Source: Octopus vulgaris (taxonomy: Eukaryota). Taken from it: DNA of 64,000 nt. A model generated the notes under the pieces. It saw nothing but the letters and a program-made list of their open reading frames with translations. It made no database searches and was not told the origin of the DNA. This document shows, in pieces, positions 54,168-64,000 of the stretch. Location: assembly GCA_951406725.2 (NCBI GenBank), contig OX597828.1, positions 43,586,001-43,650,000 of the forward strand. Reading direction: 5' to 3'. Made by a program: the position numbers and the translations under genes. The number at the start of each line of letters is the position of its first letter. Position 1 is the stretch's first letter.

Positions 54168-54369
54168 ATAGGTATTCGGTAGTATCGTGTTTGAGGGAAT
54201 CATTTTAAACAAGGTGAAAAGCGAACCTTTACAATTGAACTAGAAGGAAGTTACATTGTGCTATGAAATTCGGTTGAATTTCCCCCTCAATATATGCATG
54301 TGTATATACATGCGTATATACATGCATGTATGCATACATACATACATACATACATACATGCATGCATAT

Positions 54370-54915
54370 GGTGGCTGCCCCCTCGTTATCAAGTATGGCC
54401 ATTGCACGAAGCTTAATGTTGTTATCGTGCAATACCTGTGCAAGAAGATTTTTTTAAGTGAGGAAAGGATGTGCACCGAGTCAATCCCACTCACTCAGCA
54501 ACAGCAGCCATAATCCGAAAAGAAGAACAAGTCAACATCATCGGTAACCACTGAGCCGCAGTTTTATGTCGGAGTTATCCCAGTTACCTGAGATACCTTC
54601 TCCTAGAAGGATGCCCTAACAAAGACTAGGAGTCCTTAACTCCCAATGGTTTAACTGCGCGATCGGGTATTCAGTCCGATTATTTCTATGTCCCCGCGCA
54701 TGATACAGCCTTAAGACATTTATTGGATGGCCGTTGACTCTCAAGAGTTCCTCCGCCCTTTGACGGGTTTTGTTTTTCATCCCGCAGGGTGTCCAATAAA
54801 CATCCTCCTCACCAAGCAAGCTTGGTGGAGTTGCCGGTTTAGTTGCCGACGACCCAACCATGCAACAGGTTGTACTGGGTTACATGTTACCAGTAGCACT
54901 CGCAAGTGACCTGAT
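54370..54915 (-). mobile_element. Short non-autonomous (internally deleted) RTE-derived element
   Basis: Its 3' 44 nt match the RTE end at 32036-32079 with one mismatch. The 5' part contains GGCATCCTTCTAGGAGAAGG, similar to RTE 5' UTR motifs. Possible TSD atgcatgcata (54358-54368 / 54918-54928), in low-complexity sequence. Confidence 0.72.
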
Positions 54916-55022
54916 ATATGCATGCATACATACATACATACATACATGTATATAAGTATATATGAGAGTAAATATATACATATATTTAGATATAATCATA
55001 TATATATATAATTTTACCACGC

Positions 55023-55077
<55 letters not shown>

Positions 55078-55395
55078 ATATATAGTTGCAGGCGTGGGCT
55101 GTGTGGTAAGAACCTTAATTAACAACCACAGTGTTCCTGGTTCAGTCCTACTGAATGACACCTTTGGAATGTGTCTTCTACTAAACGCTCAGGCTGACCA
55201 AAAAGAGCCATGTAGAGGTCGATGTTGGGAATCTCGCTTCGGGATCACAAAAGGAACGAGAAAATTAGGAACAGAACTGGAGTGAAGAATACACCACGCT
55301 AAGCTACGATAGGTCGGCCATGTCACGAGGTCCACAGACAATCGGCGTAGCCATACAGTTTTTGAGTGGTACCCGCACGAACGGAAAGGACCACT

Positions 55396-55457
<62 letters not shown>

Positions 55458-55459
55458 TC

Positions 55460-55490
<31 letters not shown>

Positions 55491-55741
55491 TTATATGTAT
55501 ATATATATATATATTATATATATATATATACACACATATATATGTACATATGTATATGTGCATATATATAATCATACATATATATTTATATATGTACATA
55601 TATATAATTATATTATATATATGTAATTATAATTATATATATGTATAAACACACGTATATATATGTACATATGTATATGTGCTTATATATAATCATATAT
55701 ATATATATATATGTTTGTACATATATATGTGCATATATATA

Positions 55742-55795
<54 letters not shown>

Positions 55796-55798
<3 letters not shown>

Positions 55799-56105
55799 AG
55801 CACTCCATCTGTTACGACGACGAAGGTCCCAGCTGGTACGAACAACGGAAAACAACTTGCTCGTGTAATTAACACTCAAGTGGCTGAGCACTCCACAGAC
55901 ACGTGTACCCTTAACGCCGTTCTCATGTGGATTCAGCGCGATACGGAGTGTGACGAGGTTGTCCCTTTGAAAATACTAACCGTTTTTGGAAGCTGAGCAA
56001 CGTGAAATAAAGTGTTTTGCTTAAGGAAACAACGCGTTGCTGGGAGTTGAACTCACGACCTTATGATTGTGAGCTGAATGCCCTAACCACTAAGTCACGC
56101 GCCTT
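55796..56105 (-). mobile_element. tRNA-derived SINE family D
   Basis: C-like head and core with a different tail (gtacacgtgtctgtggagtgctcagccacttg). Homologs at 26690-26880(+) and 40085-40372(+). Confidence 0.8.
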
Positions 56106-56129
56106 CAGGTATATATATATATATATATA

Positions 56130-56460
56130 AAGGGCAAAGACCCCCTTCGGTCATGAATGACCATGGGATTGCACCTAGAAAGTTACCCTCCTAGACACAA
56201 GTCCAGGCAAGGTTGTTTATGGAAGACCAGCAGTCGCCCATGCATACCAGCCTCCCCTCTCCACGCCACCGATGTTATCCAAGGGAAAGACAAAGGTCGA
56301 TACAGCTTGGCACCTGTGACGTCGCAAGTCATTTCTACAGCTGAGTGAACTGGAGCAACGTGAAATAAAGTGCCTTGCTCGAGAATACAACACGCAGCCC
56401 GGTCCGGGATTCGAGCTCACAACCTCACGATCGTAAGCTCGACGCTATAACCACTGAGCC
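56130..56460 (-). mobile_element. SINE family C, full length
   Basis: Reverse-complement homolog of 52179-52520. Confidence 0.85.
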
Positions 56461-56519
56461 ATATACATATCTATATACTGCTGTTGCACTAATATGAAGA
56501 ACATTGAAACTAAAGGCCA

Positions 56520-56970
56520 CTCTTAGCTATCACTGTCGCGACCCTGAAGATTGCCCACTTGACCTGCCGTATATAATATACTCCGTCATATATGAAGCTA
56601 CAGCTTCATATATTAAGTTACAGCTGCGCTCCAATCTGTGGAAAAAAAAAATTACGTTGAGTTAGGTGAGGCTGGTTTCAAGGGACGTTATGCACATCGC
56701 CTATCGTTTTTCGGTACATCGATGAAAATAATGCAATTAAATTTGTTAGCCACGTATGGAATTTGAAGAGCAGCTCCACACCAAATACACTTAAGTGGAG
56801 AATAGTAGAAAGATCCAAACGATACGTTAATGGATCTCAGAAATGCAGCTTATGCATTGCAGAAAGATCTCATATTCTTCCTCGATGCAGCAATTCCAAC
56901 ACACTGCTAAATTCGAGATCTGAAATTTTTTAACAGGTGTAGACACACGGACAGGTTTCTTTTATCGATG
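56520..56970 (+). mobile_element. Penelope-like element GIY-YIG endonuclease remnant (frameshifted)
   Basis: Manual translation: HCRDPEDCPLD, VIYEAT, NYVELGEAGFKGRY, SHVWNLK, LKWRIVERSKRYVNGSQKCSLCIAER, LLNSRSEIF-NRCRH..RFLL, the pattern of Penelope endonuclease C-termini. Confidence 0.8.
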
Positions 56971-57193
56971 TGGAGGGCACCATCCGCTCTGAACTGAGTC
57001 TTGCAGTGTTTGTTTTGCTAAACTAAGTAAAGTATTAAATTATAACATCCATGAATTCAGAGCCCAATGCAGTGTACGTGGGTGTCTTTTCAGAACATTG
57101 TCTTGTTTAAAAAGCCACATCAAATGCTATGACGGTGCTAACGTGTAGGTGCAGGAGATGGTCAAACGCTGCATAAGGAGTAGATAACCACCG

Positions 57194-57292
<99 letters not shown>

Positions 57293-57375
57293 TGTATGTA
57301 TGTATGTATGTATGTATATATATACACACTCATGTACGTATACATATATTTATACAAACTTGCATATATACATCC

Positions 57376-57419
<44 letters not shown>

Positions 57420-57454
57420 GCATACATACAACCATGCATACATACATACATACA

Positions 57455-57488
<34 letters not shown>

Positions 57489-58354
57489 CATACATACATA
57501 CACACATTCATATACGAGCATATGCAGATTTTGGCATAATCTTTTATAAATGTATTTACGATTAAATAATTAAAAACGCAAAAATAATTACTGGAATCAT
57601 GAATGAGTACTAAAAATAGCGAGGTGTTTCTAATTTAGTAACTAAAGAAGAAGAATGTTATGAGGAAATTTTCGGTGAAATTGGCTTTTCGAACTTCGAA
57701 GTTACAGTTATCTCCATCAATAAATATGTGTGCTTCTATGTATGTACATAAAGACGTTTATAATGCTTCACATGCAGCCGAAAGCCAATATCTGAAACTA
57801 CGACACCAGTCAATTCTAGAGCAGCAAACACACAGATTTTTATAAGTGGTGTGTAGAAAAGGCTATACAATGTTTTAGTGGTACGCCTTATTTGAATACA
57901 TTAATACTGAAATAGCCTAAGTAATTACAACACTGTTAGCCGAATAAATAACATAACATCAAAGGTTATATAAAAACAAAAATGGAAAAGACTGAAAAAT
58001 ACGAAAATAAAAATAAATTAGCAGAAAATTTTGGTCGTTCTTGGATGGGGCTTTTTTGGATTTCTATTATATTTCTGTGTTTGTTTTGTTAATATTTTTG
58101 TGTGGCGGGTAGCAATGAGATAAGTGCGTTTCAACGTTCTGAAATTTCTCATTTGCAATTTGTTTTATGATGTTCGTAGTTGCTTGTTTTCGCAGTGTAT
58201 GGGGGCTAATTTGTATCATAAAAAGAAGTTATTAAAAGTTTGAAAGGCGTTTGATTATCAGAGAAAATTTATTGCCTTCATTCATCACACAACATGGCCT
58301 CTGAAAAATGAGGGAGAAAGATAATGAAGAAGCAGAGAAAGGAAGCTACATATA

Positions 58355-58409
<55 letters not shown>

Positions 58410-58586
58410 ATATATACATAATGTACACATTGCGAAAGAGAGTGATTGGTGTTAGAGAGGAACTTGTGTAGACAAGCCGAAGCTAAGACAGATAGAGAGA
58501 GGGGGGAGAAATCGGGGGGAAGGAAAGAGGGGAAGACACAGATTAAGTGACTCAAGTATAGAGATAAAGACAAACAGACAGGAACC

Positions 58587-58636
<50 letters not shown>

Positions 58637-58684
58637 TGTGTGTGTGTATGCACACACACATATATATATATATATATACATACA

Positions 58685-58789
<105 letters not shown>

Positions 58790-59157
58790 CGAGAGAGAGA
58801 GAGAAACTTATGAAGGTGAACAAGAAACGGACACATGTATACACCCATATAAATTCACACACCAACCAGAAACCGTCGCATACACAGACCCCTTCATTTA
58901 ACATACAACCTTATAACCGTTATCTTCACCATACAACTCGCTATAAATTAAGGTTTTCATTAGTTATTGTTTTTTTTTTTTTTCTCAAATATTTACCGCA
59001 AAGACACTATTTTATTTAATTATTCAATTTTAAAAATCAAGAAATAAAATATTGCAAAATTTTCTGACGATATCAACTTTCTGAAACTAGTGCCGATGTT
59101 TTAATATTATAATAACCGCAGGAGAAAAAATATACATACATATACATACATACATAA

Positions 59158-59194
<37 letters not shown>

Positions 59195-59619
59195 TACAAG
59201 GAAAATTAAACGACACAATGCCTTGGTTTTTGTTATTTGAATTTATTTGAACATTTTTATTTATAATTTTTGCTTTTGTGTCTTGATTTTTAATCAATAA
59301 GCTATAAAGGTATTGAAACAACGATGCCGATGAGAGCAATGCACATTGACAATTACCAAAAAAAGGGCACACATACACATTTTGATAGAAAGGCATACAC
59401 GTATATACGCAAATTTATACATATATTTATGTATATATATATATATGTATATATATATATGTCTACGTAGAAGCATATAAGCATATACATATACGTTCGA
59501 TGTTCATATATATACACATATATATGGACAGACATGTATATATATATATGTGTGTATGTATGTATATTTATATATATGTATATCTATATATTTGTATGTA
59601 TCTCTCTCTCTCTCTCTCT

Positions 59620-59678
<59 letters not shown>

Positions 59679-60239
59679 TTCTATAAATATCCACATACTC
59701 GCGCCCGCCTCGCACACATGTATACGTAAACGATGGAAGAAACGTTAATACAATTAATACACATAGTATAAACGATAGACCATCAGAGATTAAATTTCTT
59801 CTATTTTTTTCTCTCTTTTCCATTTATGGTTGCCCTTAAAACTTTTTTATTTATTTCATCGCAAATTTATCTTGTATATGGATATGATTACCTGGAAAAC
59901 TATATAAAATTGTATGAAACAAGTAGTGAAATTAAGATGGCGACTGAGTTTATTAGAAGTAATTACAGGGGTGAAACAAAAATGCGGTTATAATTGAACT
60001 ATGTTTAATTACAACTATTAATTATTTATGGAACATAGTTAATTATTAAGCCTGGTCTAATTAGGAAAGCATCCTATGCACCTTACGAACAGATACGTTA
60101 CATTTATAATTATTTAAAAAAGAATGTATATGTGTGTGTGTATGAAGAAATTTTGTATACATCCGCACGGAAAACACACGCATATAGATACATACATACA
60201 TACATACATACATACATACATACATACATACACACACAC

Positions 60240-60272
<33 letters not shown>

Positions 60273-60282
60273 TGTATGTATG

Positions 60283-60323
<41 letters not shown>

Positions 60324-60453
60324 TTTTTCTTTCGTTTCAGCTCAGAGGTGCGGCCATGCTGATGCACCGCCATTTAAAACAAAAGCAGAGGCGAAATACT
60401 ATTGAGCAGTTCGCCCGGCGCGCTAACGTTTCTGCCAGCTCGCCGCCTTAAAC

Positions 60454-60549
<96 letters not shown>

Positions 60550-60816
60550 AGTGTGTATCTGTTTGTCTCTGTGTTTGTATATCTATATGTATATTATGTA
60601 TATATATATGTTAGTGTATGTATATGCACGTATAGTTAAATGGGTATATATTAATATATACTCGTTCGATGTGTGTAAATGCATATATAGACACACACAA
60701 ACTCTTGATTTTCAAATCCATCACCGAAACTCATCCATCAATAAATGTCACGTTGTCTCCCTAGAAGACGTTTTCTGAGGATTGTATATTTAAGTGTATA
60801 CTCTCTCTCTCTCTTT

Positions 60817-61196
60817 ACTTTTTTATTTGTTTCAGTCATTTGACTGCGGCCATGCTGGAGCACTGCCTATAGTCGAGCAAATCGACCCCAGGACTTATTT
60901 TCTGTAAGCCTAGTACTTATTCTACCGGTTTATTCTTGCCGAACCGCTCAGTTACTGGGACGTGATCACACCATCATCGGTTGTCAAGCGATGTTGGGGG
61001 AGAAACACAGACAAACAAACATACACACACACACACATATATATATACATATATGCGACTGGCTTCTTTCAGTTTCCGTCAACCAATTCCACTCACAAGG
61101 CTTTGGTTGGCCCAAGGCTATAGTAGAAGATACTTGCCCATGGTACCATGAAGTGGGACTGAACCCGGAACCATATGGTTCGTAAGCAAGCTACTT
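60817..61196 (-). mobile_element. SINE family A, 5'-clipped
   Basis: Colinear homolog lacking the A box. Confidence 0.85.
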
Positions 61197-61623
61197 TATT
61201 TCATAATAATTTGCCATAAAGGCATTACAAAGAGTAGCTGCGGGCTGAACATATACATTGATGTGGTGAATGATGAAATAAGGATGATATTGATTAGAGA
61301 AGGCATTGTTTTTTTTTTAACTGAATAAACAAAGCGAGGTGTTGAACCTCTCACAACAGTTTTTACTGTTTTTCGACTTAAAAGTCCATTACAAATAATA
61401 ACATGCAAAACATATTCAATATACAATCAACACTAGTCCGTTTACAAATAAGGCGCTGCGCTTCTTACACTTTATAACAGTGAGGCTTTTCAATTTTTCA
61501 CCTCAACGTGATATTGAACATCTTACTAGAGTTCTTACAATTATTGGACTTAATAGTCAATAACATGCAATAATATACAGTGAAATATTCAATATACAAT
61601 CAACACTAGTCCATTTATAAATA

Positions 61624-61666
<43 letters not shown>

Positions 61667-62034
61667 ATAATATTAGGGAATAAATCCAAACTTACAGGGA
61701 AAAATGAGATTTAGGATTAAATCCAATTTTATTGTATAAATATATTATATTATATTATATTAAATTAGAGATAAAACCACTATTAGGCAAATCAAACTGA
61801 AAAACTTAAGTCAATACATAAAATTAATTTAAAATATAAAAGTTAAAACTAAAAAATCATTTAAATAATTCAAACTTATAAATTTTATATATATATACAA
61901 ATATATATATATATGTATGTATGTATATTTTTATATTTATATATTATTTTATTTATTAATTAATTAATTAATTTATTTATTTTCTTTTTTTATATATATC
62001 AAAAGTATTAAAAGTTTAATAAAAGATAAAGAGT

Positions 62035-62135
62035 AAAACACTACGATCGTTTCATGATTGTACCAATTCGAATAACAATAATTTAAATTCAATTAATAAT
62101 TCGAGTTATGGTTACAGTCAATCTTCAGGTTAATT
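62035..62135 (-). ncRNA. Hammerhead ribozyme motif with long stem II, in a Penelope-like remnant
   Basis: CTGAAGA-t-tga.tgt.acca...tggt.aca.tca-t-GAAA-cgatcg-TA; stem I is weak. Confidence 0.55.
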
Positions 62136-63776
62136 GAAATATTTTTAAAATAATCAGAAATATTTAAACAATATTTTAAAGATATAAATAATATAATAAT
62201 TTTACTTATAATAAACTCTATTATCAAACCAGAAACTTAAAACTTAACAATTATGATTATATCAAAATCAATTATAATGTTAAATATTAATTTTAATTAA
62301 TAAGGTAGGAAACCCACCAATAATTTAATATCGGTAATAGTCTGTATCTAATTACATAAATATAAAAAAAAATAACTATTATATATAACTTATCAATGAA
62401 AATATATAAATGTATATAAATATTGTAATTAAGATCTAAAATAATCTCTATAAATAAATATATATGCACATTTAATAAAAACCTAATAAATTAACTTTTC
62501 ATATTTAAAGATGAAATAGCTAATTTCAAAAATACAAACAAACTTAAACGAACTTTCGGAAATCTTATGTAAAATACTTATAGAAATAATCAATTCGTAG
62601 TTATATAGTATCGAATAAATACTATATATACTATAAATATAATTATCAATGGGAATAACTAGCGAATATCAATTTTAAAAGACAATAACTAAGTGATGCT
62701 ATTAAGTTAGACATGGCCTGGACCATATATATATATGCGAGGGACTCTGACCTGATTCCTCCCACCAAAAATCGACACTTTGTCTTAGAAATTAAATTAG
62801 ACGAGACAAAAACTGTGCTAAGACCTGTTATGTTAATGTTACCAGCATTATTATCAATATCTGGCAGCCGTGTATCTTATGCAACTTCTCTTTTTCGCAA
62901 ACTCTCGACACGTTGCTGAGACGTCCTCCAATCTTTTGTCAGATTTTTCCGTAAATCGAATGCCAGCGTATTATATGTAAAATGTTAATATTTATAGAAA
63001 GAGTAAGTTAACTGATGTTCAGAATATGAGAGGATAAACACAACTGAAGACAATACGTTATGATTTACGCCTTTACGTCTGGAATTTTCAAGAAAAAGTA
63101 ACGTTTCGTTAATACGTCTAAGTTGAGATAAAATCGTGAAACAGAGTCAGTGCAGAGAATTAGATTTCTAAAAGTGTGTCAAATTCATGAAATGAGTTGA
63201 TATTTAAACGATTCATACAGCCATATCATAATTGATAATAAATATACATGATGATACAATGTTTTTAAATATATTATCACATCGCTTCTGGATAGCAAAA
63301 GAATTTCACCTTCGTCTTCCCTTGAATACTAATTGTATTAAGAAGAGCACAAAATTAAGTCAATTTGTGTAAATAACATGTATTAAAGTAAATATAGACT
63401 GGATTGAAATATACCATAAAATAAGACTATTTACTCAGCAAGTGTTAAATAGGTCAAGCTGTTTGTGAAATAGGTCATCTATGAAGTAGGTCATCGGATA
63501 TGTAATATATGGTTTCATTTTCGTTAAGTTAAATGTTTTTTTAATGATGTCAGTTAAAAAAAAAGTGTCGTCTCTATGGTTAGAAATTTTCTTTCCGATA
63601 CCATTGTTCCGCATTCAGATCCACAGCGTAGCACCGAAGGCAAGTGTCTTGTAGATTTAACCCCAGGCCGACCAAAGCGTTTTGAATGGATTTGGTAGGC
63701 GGAAACTGAAAATAAGCTCCCCTGTATCTGTGTGTATACGTGCGCGTGTGCATACAACTGTGTGTGTGTGAGGGTA

Positions 63777-63820
<44 letters not shown>

Positions 63821-63866
63821 GTATACAGCGATGGAAAGAGAGACAGAGGGAAGGAGGGGTATACTG

Positions 63867-63917
<51 letters not shown>

Positions 63918-64000
63918 GATAGATAGCAGGAGTGGCTGTGTGGTAAGTAGCTTGTTTACCAACCACATGGTTCCGGGTTCAGTCCCACTGCGTGGCATCT

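Overview
AT-rich, microsatellite-saturated eukaryotic DNA with one 100-N scaffold gap. The repeat content resembles an octopus or coleoid cephalopod genome (my inference, not a database result). I found no intact host gene, and almost all listed ORFs are translations of simple repeats. Nearly everything recognisable is mobile DNA: a young 5'-truncated CR1-like LINE (18020-19945); an RTE LINE 3' fragment with three C2H2 fingers, plus a short non-autonomous partner sharing its 3' end; an isolated RTE/BovB-type 5' end; and remnants of R4/Dong-like, L1/Tx1-like and Penelope GIY-YIG elements. There are also three non-autonomous Helitrons and at least five tRNA-headed SINE families (my labels A-E). 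Main leads: (1) SINE family B forms head-to-tail ~184 bp concatemers with the same junction at four loci, one of them enclosed by a 15 bp TSD; (2) minimal type-I hammerhead ribozyme motifs occur in Penelope-like fragments inserted in (TA)n tracts, one nearly canonical copy sitting in the loop of a ~140 bp foldback; (3) two LINE/non-autonomous partner pairs are readable from shared 3' tails. All alignments and translations were done by eye, so boundaries are approximate.
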